Positions 1 to 10,619 of a stretch of 51,572 bases of DNA are shown piece by piece. How positions within the stretch are numbered: the first letter of the stretch is position 1; every line of letters starts with the position of its first letter. The stretch lies in contig NZ_JAJENT010000802.1 in the NCBI RefSeq assembly GCF_035615515.1, forward strand, positions 1 to 51,572, given 5' to 3'. Source of the DNA: Phormidium sp. CCY1219. GTDB lineage: Bacteria > Cyanobacteriota > Cyanobacteriia > Cyanobacteriales > Laspinemataceae. Below the pieces are notes generated by a model. That model was given only the letters and a program-made list of their open reading frames with translations. It was not told where the DNA came from and searched no databases. The position numbers and the translations under genes are program-made.

Positions 1-2
1 AA

Positions 3-116
3 CAAGAGCGCCAACGCGCCGAACGAGCAGAGGCGCAACTGCAAGAAGAACAGCAGCGCTATCAGGCTCTCATCGAGAGACTGCGCGCGCGAGGCATGGA
101 TCCGGAACAGTTGTAA
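3..116 (+). CDS. Uma2-family (DUF820) endonuclease, C-terminal fragment; the gene begins upstream of the window
   Basis: Frame-3 translation QERQRAERAEAQLQEEQQRYQALIERLRARGMDPEQL* closely mirrors the C-terminal tail of the complete Uma2 ORF at 30123-30797 (..AQEAEQQAQAAQQRIQQLEARLRELGIDPEPV). Confidence 0.5.
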   Translation, partial: QERQRAERAEAQLQEEQQRYQALIERLRARGMDPEQL

Positions 117-195
117 GCGCGCCAGGGGGTTCACCCACAAGACACAGTGGCGATCGCACCTCTAGGGGCGATCGCCACAAGTGACTGACTGGCAT

Positions 196-582
196 TTAAC
201 GCGACCCCTCAAAGGTTTTTGGCGAAACCTCAACCGCGTCCACCTCAATGGTTCCCGGCGGCGTCAACCGTTCGAAATGGTCTTGTGCTCCCTTCAGCGG
301 TTCCCCACAACTGGGACATTGAAACTGAGTTTGATTCAAACCGGTAATTTCATAACTGCAAACCGGACAGCGATCGATAATGATATTGCGCTTCAGCCAC
401 CAGCGCAAGCCAACAAATGCCACCACTGGCGCGATCGCTATTAATGCGAGTATAATCAAAATCGACTTAACGACCCATCCCAAACCAATCGACACCAACA
501 ACCACACGATTAACAGTGGCACCACCCATCGGCTCAATTCCGAAAGGGCAAACATAAAATTTTTAGTCGTTCCTTGATTCAC
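196..582 (-). CDS. small membrane protein with a C-terminal zinc ribbon (hypothetical)
   Basis: 128-aa ORF. Two hydrophobic helices (LLIVWLLVSIGLGWVV; ILIILALIAIAPVVAFVGL) are followed by CPVC..(14)..CPSC. Confidence 0.45.
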   Translation of the reverse strand: MNQGTTKNFMFALSELSRWVVPLLIVWLLVSIGLGWVVKSILIILALIAIAPVVAFVGLRWWLKRNIIIDRCPVCSYEITGLNQTQFQCPSCGEPLKGAQDHFERLTPPGTIEVDAVEVSPKTFEGSR

Positions 583-619
583 GATTTACTCCTGTGTCAT
601 ATTATCCAACACTTCCATA

Positions 620-1753
620 CTACTCAGAAACCGCGAGTAATTGTTGGAGGCGGTGAGTGAAGGCATCCGTACCAAATGCCGCCAACGTCTCTTGACGCAA
701 CCACTCCCCGTCACAGCGCTTGTCCTCGCCTTTGAGGATTTCGATGCAAGCTTTCGCCACCGCCTCCGGGTCGCGATGGGGCACTCGCCAACCCAACCTG
801 CCATCTTGCAGGGGATCTGCCGATCCATCCCTATCCCCAGACAGCACCGGTTTTCCCGTGGCCATCGCTTCCATGTACACGATGCCAAACCCTTCTTGAG
901 AGGGCATGATATAGGCATCGGCAACCCGATAATGTGCGCTTAATTCCTCCGCCGGCACGAACCCGGCAAAGACCACCCGATCGCTCACCCCCAACTCTCG
1001 CGCCAGTTGCTCCAATCGCGGGCGATCTTCCCCCCGTCCGATAGCCAAATACTTGACATTGGGAATCGCTTGTGCTATAATTGGCAAAGCCCGAATGGTG
1101 ACATCCACCCCTTTATAAATATCCCCGGGCCACAGACGTGCCACGGTCATCAACACCCGGGAATCCGCCAACCCATACCGTTCCACTAACTCCGGCGGTT
1201 TCGGACCGGGGGTAAATAGGGTTCCATTCACCGCGCAAGGGAGCAAGGCAAACTGTTTCCGATCCAATCCATTCTCCTCACAAGCGCGATCGCGACTGTA
1301 CCGACTGATCGTCCAAATCCGATCCGCCTTCTGCAGCGACTTTTGCGCCCTAGGGTCTAACGGTTCCCACACTTCCTTCCCGTAGGTCAACACCGTGTAG
1401 GGAATTCCGAGGGGTTTGCACAACAGTTGTACCAACGGCCCTAAATTAATATGACCGCAAAACACCCATTGAGGACGCCGCTGCACCAACAGCGCCAGTA
1501 ATGTCATCGCCAGACGCCAGCGCCCCCGCCACGGCGGTAGGGTTTTGAGATAATGAAATTCAAACGCCTCATTATCGGCAAATGGATTATCGCACTCCGG
1601 ATCGTCGCGCAATAGCAACACCTGCGCCTTCATCTGATTTTTCGAGGCAATTTGCCCGTAAGCTTGCAGAATATCTTTCACATAAGACTGAATTCCCCCT
1701 TCCCGGGAAAAAATTTCTAAAAACACGAAGATATGTTGGGTTTTACCTGCCAC
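620..1753 (-). CDS. glycosyltransferase family 1 (GT4)
   Basis: 377 aa. The C-terminal GT-B signature is present (EGFGIVYMEAMATGKPVL, E-x7-E) and the N-terminal half has a typical GT4 layout. Confidence 0.8.
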   Translation of the reverse strand: MAGKTQHIFVFLEIFSREGGIQSYVKDILQAYGQIASKNQMKAQVLLLRDDPECDNPFADNEAFEFHYLKTLPPWRGRWRLAMTLLALLVQRRPQWVFCGHINLGPLVQLLCKPLGIPYTVLTYGKEVWEPLDPRAQKSLQKADRIWTISRYSRDRACEENGLDRKQFALLPCAVNGTLFTPGPKPPELVERYGLADSRVLMTVARLWPGDIYKGVDVTIRALPIIAQAIPNVKYLAIGRGEDRPRLEQLARELGVSDRVVFAGFVPAEELSAHYRVADAYIMPSQEGFGIVYMEAMATGKPVLSGDRDGSADPLQDGRLGWRVPHRDPEAVAKACIEILKGEDKRCDGEWLRQETLAAFGTDAFTHRLQQLLAVSE

Positions 1754-1834
1754 GTTTTGCTCCCATTTTTAACCGATAATCTTGGCGATCGCCCCCTAAT
1801 TTTTTCCCAAAAAGATCATCCCCTTGCAACAGCT

Positions 1835-3124
1835 TCACCCTGCGGATTTTCCCATCGCCTGACCCGCCAACCAACTGGTGGTCCAAGCACTTTGGAAATT
1901 AAACCCTCCCGTTACCCCGTCAATATCCAGGATTTCTCCAGCAAAATAAAGACCGGGACAGCACCGACTTTCCATTGTTTTAAAATTCACTTCTTTGAGT
2001 TTGACACCGCCGCAGGTGACGAATTCTTCTTTAAACACCCCTTTCCCCGTAATTTGATAGCGTCCCCGCGTTAATTCTTCCACCAAGCGATTAAACGCTT
2101 TTTTGGAAATTTCCGCACAACGGGTTTGGGGGTCGATCGCCACCGTGGCGAGCAATCGTTCCCAAAGGCGGCGCGGAAGGGCAAAGCAGTTACACTTGGC
2201 GATCGCCGATTTTGGCGCAGCAGACTTTAACTGTAGCAACTCGGCCCGCGCGGTTTCCGGGTTATATTGCGGTACCCAATTTATTGTTAATGGGGCGCGA
2301 TACTTTTGTGCGGACAAATATCTCGCCCCCCATGCAGAAAGTTTGAGCGCTGCAGGACCGCTCAGTCCCCAATGGGTAATTAACACAGGACCAGTTTGCT
2401 GTAATTTGGCCTCGGGTAATTGCACGATCGCATTCGCCACCGAAATTCCCGCTAAATCCTTTAGGCGATCGCCCTCCAGATTAAACGTAAACAAAGACGG
2501 TACCGGCGGTTCGATTTGGTGTCCCAGGGACTTGGCAATTCGATACCCGAGGGGATGACTTCCCGTTGTTAATAATAGGCGATCGCATTCCAACTTTGCC
2601 CCAGACTTTAACAAAATTTCAAACTTTCCCCCCTCAACCCCCTCAGTTCCGGAGTTTGCAGGATGTGCGATCGCCCCCACCACCGCCACCCCCGTGCGAA
2701 GTTGCACCCCCGCTTGTTTTGCTTCCCCCATCAAACAACCCGCAATCGTTTCCGAATCATCGGTGATGGGAAACATTCGCCCATCCGACTCAGTTTTCAG
2801 CTTCACTCCCCGCGATTCAAACCACTCCACCGTATCCCGGGGTTGAAACCGCGAAAAAGCACCGCGCAACGCTTTTCCTCCTCGGGGATAATTTTGCACT
2901 AACAGCGCCGGTTCAAAACAATGATGCGTCACATTACAGCGCCCCCCACCGGAAATTCTGACCTTCTTCAGCGGATCGCGTCCCGCTTCCAATATCGTCA
3001 CCTCCGCATCGGGATGGGTTTGGGCGCAGGTAATCGCACCAAAAAATCCCGCCGCACCTCCCCCGACGACGATCGCTCGCAATTTATCTGACCTCAAGGC
3101 CGATTTACGCTTGATAATTGACAC
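1835..3124 (-). CDS. HI0933-like NAD(P)/FAD-dependent flavoprotein (BaiN/aminoacetone-oxidase family)
   Basis: 429 aa. Rossmann motif IVVGGGAAGFFGA, then RISGGGRCNVTH and GLYFAGEILDIDGVTGGFNFQ, all typical of the HI0933 family. Confidence 0.85.
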   Translation of the reverse strand: MSIIKRKSALRSDKLRAIVVGGGAAGFFGAITCAQTHPDAEVTILEAGRDPLKKVRISGGGRCNVTHHCFEPALLVQNYPRGGKALRGAFSRFQPRDTVEWFESRGVKLKTESDGRMFPITDDSETIAGCLMGEAKQAGVQLRTGVAVVGAIAHPANSGTEGVEGGKFEILLKSGAKLECDRLLLTTGSHPLGYRIAKSLGHQIEPPVPSLFTFNLEGDRLKDLAGISVANAIVQLPEAKLQQTGPVLITHWGLSGPAALKLSAWGARYLSAQKYRAPLTINWVPQYNPETARAELLQLKSAAPKSAIAKCNCFALPRRLWERLLATVAIDPQTRCAEISKKAFNRLVEELTRGRYQITGKGVFKEEFVTCGGVKLKEVNFKTMESRCCPGLYFAGEILDIDGVTGGFNFQSAWTTSWLAGQAMGKSAG

Positions 3125-3199
3125 TCCACCTGACGATAAATAAGTATGCCAAATAATTCTAACTCATTCTAACTCATTCTAACCCATTTGAATCCATTT

Positions 3200-3229
3200 A
3201 ACTCGTTCCCAGACTCCTGCCTGGGAACG
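3200..3229. repeat. palindromic hairpin element (AACTCGTTCCCAG / CTGGGAACG); putative terminator between two minus-strand genes
   Basis: A 9-bp stem (cgttcccag / ctgggaacg) encloses an 8-nt loop. The same core with a 14-bp stem recurs at 38819-38851. Confidence 0.5.
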
Positions 3230-3296
3230 CCCTATTTGAGGCTCCGCCTCCCCCCGTAACCATGCCAAATAACTCGCCCACTGTGGCTATTTACCC

Positions 3297-4178
3297 CTAC
3301 AATTGAAAGCGAAACTGCTGCAACTGTTCTCGCAAATCCGGCGGATTGTAGCCCAATGCAAACGCCTTTGAACTATCCAACGACACATCCGGTGGCCGTG
3401 GTGCCGCCATTTTTACTTCCGCTTGCCGACCTTCTTTTAGGTTAGCATCCCTCAGTTGCAGCACCTCCACCGCTATCGCCAAAAACTGATAGCGCGACAC
3501 CCGTTCTTTCCCGCCCAAATGTAGCAATTCCGGTGCTTTTTCTAGGGCTAATAACAACCCCTCTGCGCCCACTTTCCCGCTGACCGGGGTGCGGAATTCA
3601 TCCACAAACAAACTCAGTTCTTTTCCTTCCCGCAGGGTTTGCAACATCGGTTGCAAGAAACTTTTCGCCACCGGCCCGCCATAACCAAACATTAACGGCA
3701 TCCGACAAACCACCGTTTTCGGATAGCGATCGCGCATTCCCTGTTCCGCCATCACTTTATGCTCGCCATAAATGCTCACCGGACACACCGGATCTGTTTC
3801 TTTGTAAGGCGGATTTAACCCATTAAATACCAAATCAGTAGAAGTAAAAACGCAAGCAATCTCCGCATCGGCACAAAGACCCGCCAGATTGCAAGATGCC
3901 TTCACATTGATTTTATGGGATTCCTGGGGATGAACTTGACAAAAATTCGGTTGAGATTGGGCCGCCGTATGAATCACCGCATCCGGTTTAATCTCTTCAA
4001 ACAAACGCTTCATTGCCGCAAAATCCCTCAAGTCAACCTGTAACAAATTTACCCCGGGAATGCTGCTCGGTTTTAGGGAAAAATAAGTCCCATAAACCTG
4101 CCAGTTTTGTTTGGCTTTTTGACCCAGATTCCATCCTAAAAAGCCGCTAGCACCAGTAATTAACAGTTTATTAGTCAT
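3297..4178 (-). CDS. SDR-family NAD-dependent sugar-nucleotide reductase/epimerase (RmlD/dTDP-4-dehydrorhamnose-reductase-like)
   Basis: 293 aa. N-terminal Rossmann motif LLITGASGFLGWNL and catalytic YGEHK (YxxxK). It is co-directional with the GT4 and flavoprotein genes. Confidence 0.7.
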   Translation of the reverse strand: MTNKLLITGASGFLGWNLGQKAKQNWQVYGTYFSLKPSSIPGVNLLQVDLRDFAAMKRLFEEIKPDAVIHTAAQSQPNFCQVHPQESHKINVKASCNLAGLCADAEIACVFTSTDLVFNGLNPPYKETDPVCPVSIYGEHKVMAEQGMRDRYPKTVVCRMPLMFGYGGPVAKSFLQPMLQTLREGKELSLFVDEFRTPVSGKVGAEGLLLALEKAPELLHLGGKERVSRYQFLAIAVEVLQLRDANLKEGRQAEVKMAAPRPPDVSLDSSKAFALGYNPPDLREQLQQFRFQL

Positions 4179-4186
4179 TCGTCAAT

Positions 4187-4548
4187 TTTTATTAGTCAAT
4201 TGTCATTGGTCATTGGTCATATTGGTCATTGGTCATATTGGTCATATTGGTCATTGGTCATATTGGTCATATTGGTCATTGGTTTTGGGGTGTAGGGTGC
4301 GTCACCCCCGCCACCCTATCACACAAATCAACCAATCCCCGACGGGGGTGACGCACCGATTCCCGTGCGGCTCATTGGTCAATTGTCATTGGTCAAGTGT
4401 CATTGGTCATATTGGTTATATTGGTCATTGGTCATATTGGTCATTGGTCATCTGGTAACAGGTCATTGGTACTCCTTCAAAGGACAAATGACAAATGACA
4501 AATGTCCAATGACAAATGTCCAATGACAAAGGACAAATGACAAAAATC
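4187..4548. repeat. STRR2-type heptamer array (TTGGTCA / CATTGGT units), composite. Forward units lie at 4196-4285 and 4373-4470, and reverse-orientation units (TGACAAA) at 4480-4548.
   Basis: Many tandem copies of cattggt / catattggt, then the mirror-image run atgacaaatg / aaggacaaatgac. The same heptamer family and the same junction motif (GGTACTYC..CAAAGGACAAA) recur at 45528-45750. Confidence 0.85.
4296..4357. other. GC-rich perfect hairpin embedded in the STRR array (15-bp stem, 32-nt loop)
   Basis: ggtgcgtcacccccg (4296-4310) is the exact reverse complement of cgggggtgacgcacc (4343-4357). Confidence 0.6.
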
Positions 4549-4549
4549 C

Positions 4550-4708
4550 CTACTGTGGTTCAAAATCGGTTTTATCCACACCACATACCGGGCACACCCA
4601 ATCCTCGGGAATATCTTCAAAGGCGGTTCCGGGTTCGATTCCGCCGTCAGGATCTCCTTTTTCCGGGTCGTAAACGTAACCACAGACGGTACAGACATAT
4701 TTTTTCAC
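4550..4708 (-). CDS. rubredoxin (52 aa, GTG start); not on the supplied ORF track
   Basis: Minus-strand translation [52 protein letters not shown] has both CxxCG knuckles and the canonical rubredoxin length and motifs (YDPE, IPDDW-like). Confidence 0.8.
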   Translation of the reverse strand: MKKYVCTVCGYVYDPEKGDPDGGIEPGTAFEDIPEDWVCPVCGVDKTDFEPQ

Positions 4709-4773
4709 GATCGCTCTCCACTTTCATCTCGGCGTGACTCTTATTTTAAGGGAAAGGCGATCGCAATCTTGCT

Positions 4774-5349
4774 TTGCTCTCCCCAAAGCAGCGATCGCCC
4801 CATCCAATCCACCGGATCTTCCGTCATAATTGGGAACGATTTACACTCACCCAATCCCTGCTGCACTCTATGACCACTCCCAGAGACCCAAACACCAACC
4901 ATCTGCGCCGCCTTCGTACCCTGTCTCGCCTCCTCGATAGCGCGATTACCATCCCCGGAACCCGCTACCGGGTCGGATTGGATCCCCTCCTGGGACTCCT
5001 CCCTGCTGGGGGCGATATCGCCGGTGCCCTAGTTTCGGCGTATATCGTCTTTGCGGCGGCGCAAATGGGCGTACCGCGCAACAGTTTATTGCAAATGGTC
5101 TACAACATTCTCTTGGAAACCTTAGTGGGTACAGTTCCCGTACTCGGCGATTTGTTTGATGTTGCTTGGAAAGCCAATCTCAAAAATATGGAGCTGTTGG
5201 AGTCTCACCTTGGTTCCCCCCGCCCCGCCAAACCCGCCGATAAATGGTTCGTCTTCTTGCTGTTGGCGGGATTAATACTGGCTGTTCTGGCGATCGTCGC
5301 CCTCGGTCTCTGGATCCTCAGCCTCATCGTCGGCGCGGTATTTCAATGA
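4774..5349 (+). CDS. DUF4112 membrane protein; the real start is probably the Met at 4870 (MTTPRDP..)
   Basis: Core GLDPLLGLLPAGGDIAGALVSAYIV..VPVLGDLFDVAWKANLKNMELL matches the DUF4112 pattern, and the protein ends in a C-terminal TM helix. Confidence 0.6.
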   Translation: MLSPKQRSPHPIHRIFRHNWERFTLTQSLLHSMTTPRDPNTNHLRRLRTLSRLLDSAITIPGTRYRVGLDPLLGLLPAGGDIAGALVSAYIVFAAAQMGVPRNSLLQMVYNILLETLVGTVPVLGDLFDVAWKANLKNMELLESHLGSPRPAKPADKWFVFLLLAGLILAVLAIVALGLWILSLIVGAVFQ

Positions 5350-5487
5350 GCAAAATAACTTTTTTCTGCAAGGTTTGAAAATCGCATAATTTCTGATTTG
5401 CTTGGCTTACAGGCTAGCAATAGCTTGCAAAAAATTAGCAATTTGTACTGACAAAGTAATAAATCTCCGCCAAGGGCGCTTTCGGGG

Positions 5488-5516
5488 TTGACAAAAAAAT
5501 CAACCTCGGTTATATT
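5488..5516 (+). promoter_or_regulatory. near-consensus sigma70-type promoter (-35 TTGACA, 17-bp spacer, -10 TATATT) upstream of the vWA gene
   Basis: ttgaca (5488-5493), a 17-nt spacer, tatatt (5511-5516), and GGAGG 7 nt before the ATG at 5687. Confidence 0.5.
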
Positions 5517-5686
5517 GATTCTAGAGCGTTGGGAGGGTAGCGGGTAGAAACCGGATGGCTATACCCACTCTTTGCCTGGGCAACGAATGAGTTATAGAAT
5601 GTTTCTTCGCCTTGTTATCTACTACTAAACCGACGCTTTAGTGGCACGCCAATTGGGTTATAAATTTATCCCCCGGAGGTATATCA

Positions 5687-6751
5687 ATGACGATGAAAAC
5701 CATTGATGTTTTGTTCAGTTTTGATACCACAGGCAGCATGTATCCTTGCCTGACGCAAGTTCGCAAAAAAATCAAAAGCACCGTCACGCGCCTTTTAGAT
5801 GAAATCCCCGGAATTCGTATTGGAATTATCGCCCACGGAGACTATTGCGATGCAGGCAAAACCTACGTCACGAAAACCTTAGATTTTTCCGGAGATCTGG
5901 ATAAAATTTGCCACTTCGTGCAAAATGTTGAGGCAACTTACGGCGGCGATGCCCCGGAATGTTATGAATTAGTCTTGCATGAAGCGCGATCCCTATCTTG
6001 GCTTCCCGATAGTACGAAAACCGTGGTAATGATTGGGGATTCGATTCCCCATGCGCCGGCCCAAACCCCTGAAAAATTGAATTGGCGCAAAGAATTAGAC
6101 AAATTAGCAGCGATGGAAATTCCCGTTTATGGGGTGCAAGCGCTGAACCGCTCTCATGCTACGCCGTTTTATCAAGAACTCGCCGATCGCTCTGGTGGCT
6201 TTCACATTAGTTTAGACCAGTTTTCCTACATCACTGACCTATTTTTTGCTGTCTGCTACCAGCAATCCTCCGACGAACAACTGCAAGCATATGAAAAAGA
6301 AGTTGCCTCCCAAGGGCGCATGAGTCGCGGATTAAACAAAATGTTTAATTCCATGATGAATCGCGAGGTAGCAGTGTATGAGGAAGCTGCCGATTTGCGT
6401 GCGGTTCCTCCGGGACGATTCCAGGTTCTCGAAGTAGATAAAACCTGTGCGATTAAAGGATTCGTCCAAGAAAATGGCCTAATTTTCAAGCGCGGACGCG
6501 GCTTTTACGAATTCACAAAAACCGAAACTATCCAAGGTAAAAAAGAAGTCATATTGATGGATCGCAAAACCGGAGATTTATTTGCCGGCGAAGCAGCGCG
6601 GGAAATGCTGGGATTGCCAAAAGGGGAAACCGTGCGGATAAAACCCGCCAACTTGGAACAGTATGCAGTGTTCGTGCAAAGTACCTCTTACAATCGCAAA
6701 TTGATGGCGGGCACGCGGTTTCTCTACGAAGTAGAAGACTGGGACAAGTAA
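5687..6751 (+). CDS. vWA-like domain protein (hypothetical)
   Basis: 354 aa. The N-terminus VLFSFDTTGSM resembles a vWA MIDAS (DxTxS), with a Rossmann-like alternation after it. Confidence 0.5.
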   Translation: MTMKTIDVLFSFDTTGSMYPCLTQVRKKIKSTVTRLLDEIPGIRIGIIAHGDYCDAGKTYVTKTLDFSGDLDKICHFVQNVEATYGGDAPECYELVLHEARSLSWLPDSTKTVVMIGDSIPHAPAQTPEKLNWRKELDKLAAMEIPVYGVQALNRSHATPFYQELADRSGGFHISLDQFSYITDLFFAVCYQQSSDEQLQAYEKEVASQGRMSRGLNKMFNSMMNREVAVYEEAADLRAVPPGRFQVLEVDKTCAIKGFVQENGLIFKRGRGFYEFTKTETIQGKKEVILMDRKTGDLFAGEAAREMLGLPKGETVRIKPANLEQYAVFVQSTSYNRKLMAGTRFLYEVEDWDK

Positions 6752-6868
6752 TTAAACAATCACAGGTTTTTTGACTTATTACCAGGATAGTGCTGGGAAC
6801 GAGAGCATAAAACTCTGATAAAATATCCGGCATTGGGGGTGGGGCAGCTCATCCCCAAACTGGGATGA

Positions 6869-8956
<2,088 letters not shown>

Positions 8957-8983
8957 TTGCAAACCCCTGGGAAACTCGGGGAT

Positions 8984-9016
8984 CCGGTTAGTAGTGGTGA
9001 GAAACCGGGTTTTTTT
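8984..9016 (+). terminator. putative intrinsic terminator of ligA
   Basis: ccggtt..(13-nt loop)..aaccgg followed by a 7-T run. Confidence 0.4.
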
Positions 9017-9143
9017 ACCGCATATTTACTGATTCGGCAAGCCCACGTCGGGTGCTTGTATCCCCTCGGTGGGAGAATTGCACAACCGAATTGGGGGGTT
9101 TATGCACCCGACGCTGGCTGATTTTAATGCCTCTTGGATTGGG

Positions 9144-9632
9144 TTACAGCTTTTCGATGGTCTTCATCGCCGAAACTTTGGGATTTTTCCGGGTCGAACC
9201 GGTTCCCACGGGTACCCGACCGATTAATTGCTGAGGGAAGTCATGGGCCGCGATCGCCCGCGCCCGCGCCCGGGCGATCGCTTGTTGGGCGCGGGTTTTT
9301 TCCGGACGACTCTGGGCGCTGTGCAAACTTTCCCGGGCAGTTTCTAAAGCACTATCCGCCATCGCACAATCGATTTCGTCTCCGCGTTCTGCGCCATTGA
9401 CCACCACCGTCACTTCGTCTGCTTCAACTTCGGCAAATCCTCCCATCACGAATATCGGAAGCCAATCTTTTTCAAACCGCACCCGTATCACCCCGACTTG
9501 GAGAAATGTTACAATCGATACATGACCCGGGAGGATGCCAATTTGACCGTTAGTGGTGGGCAAAATGATTTCGGGGGTGGGCGCATCCCAGACGACTTTT
9601 GTGGGCGTGACGACATGAAGGTTCAAAGTCAT
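9144..9632 (-). CDS. atpC: F-type ATP synthase epsilon-subunit homolog; solitary and divergent, with a ~30-aa C-terminal extension
   Basis: MTLNLHVVTPTKVVWDAPTPEIILPTTNGQIGILPGH..VRFEKDWLPIFVMGGFAEVEADEVTVVVNGAE aligns along its length with cyanobacterial AtpE/epsilon. No beta-subunit gene lies upstream. Confidence 0.75.
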   Translation of the reverse strand: MTLNLHVVTPTKVVWDAPTPEIILPTTNGQIGILPGHVSIVTFLQVGVIRVRFEKDWLPIFVMGGFAEVEADEVTVVVNGAERGDEIDCAMADSALETARESLHSAQSRPEKTRAQQAIARARARAIAAHDFPQQLIGRVPVGTGSTRKNPKVSAMKTIEKL

Positions 9633-10619
9633 AGCAATTTTAGATTTTTCGATGTTACATTCAACATGAATTCACCATGCAAATCTTAAACTGTGAAATT
9701 ATAGCACTGCTGTGGGTTCCTTTTTCTCGTGAGACTTCCCCCTCCCCCACCCGATCGCGCCTTTCCCCCCGATCGCCCGCACTGGCGTAGGCATCCCACC
9801 CGCGATCGCGCAATCGCCTCGCCATTTTTCCCTTGCTGATTGCCGATTCATCATCTAAAATCATTACCCATCATTAACTTGAGAGTTGCAGATTGCAGGG
9901 ATTGCAGAAACATCGGCGGCTGACGCCGGGGCCTTGGGAGAATAAATTGCATTGTGTTCACGAGAAAAACCGGTGGGGTCCCCCAGACATCCCTGGATCC
10001 CGACAGTGAGCCCGGGGGAGATTTGTTTAAAAATATGTTAACCGAGCCGTCAAATTTTTTACGATTCGCAATCTACACCTTTCACGTTTTATGATATTAT
10101 GGTTAGTTGCTTTTTTTTAAAACAAGTAACCGCACCACAAAAAAGCGAGCGGCAGCTTGTTAAAAAATATTAAGGGCGATCGGGATAGACCCAAAGCAAA
10201 GAAAGGCCGGAAAATTTCAGCACAAACCAGAGGTAAAATAGAAAAAGTCCACCGGGTGCATCTGGGAAAAAAATCAAGGGAAAAGCACTGGCCGATGGGG
10301 GGAATCGAGGCGGCTGAGTAGGGGCAGAAACCCTGTGTCCGTGAACGTTGCGGCCAGGGAGAGATTGCGATCGGGCAACCGAATCGAAGCGATCGCATCT
10401 CTGATACTTCGGATAGATTTTTCGCCCTGAGATTCACCATCTGTGGTTTTTGTCGTTTAGGATCGAGATGAGCTTGTCGGAAATGGCAAGTCAAGAAACC
10501 CGATCGAAAAACAGAAGTGAAACCCTGTTTTCATGGAGACCTTATGAAAAAACTAACCTTTAGAAGACAACCGATTTAACAACTGAGGATATTCGACGCA
10601 AGCAGGTGAAACAGCCGCC

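Noticed and set aside
586-1189. Track ORFs 586..924(-), 641..943(+) and 1007..1189(+) inside or antisense to the glycosyltransferase gene
   Set aside because: They lie in alternative frames of a well-supported GT4 CDS, have Arg/Cys-rich biased composition and no domain signatures, so they are shadow ORFs.
4618-4650. tRNA-like T-loop string GGGTTCGATTCCG
   Set aside because: It lies inside the rubredoxin CDS, where it codes GIEPGTAF on the other strand. The flanks do not form acceptor or anticodon stems.
4477-4737. Track ORFs 4477..4698(-) and 4516..4737(+)
   Set aside because: Both are frame-shifted relative to the real gene in this region. The true gene is the 52-aa rubredoxin at 4550-4708 on the minus strand, and the listed ORFs run into the heptamer repeat.
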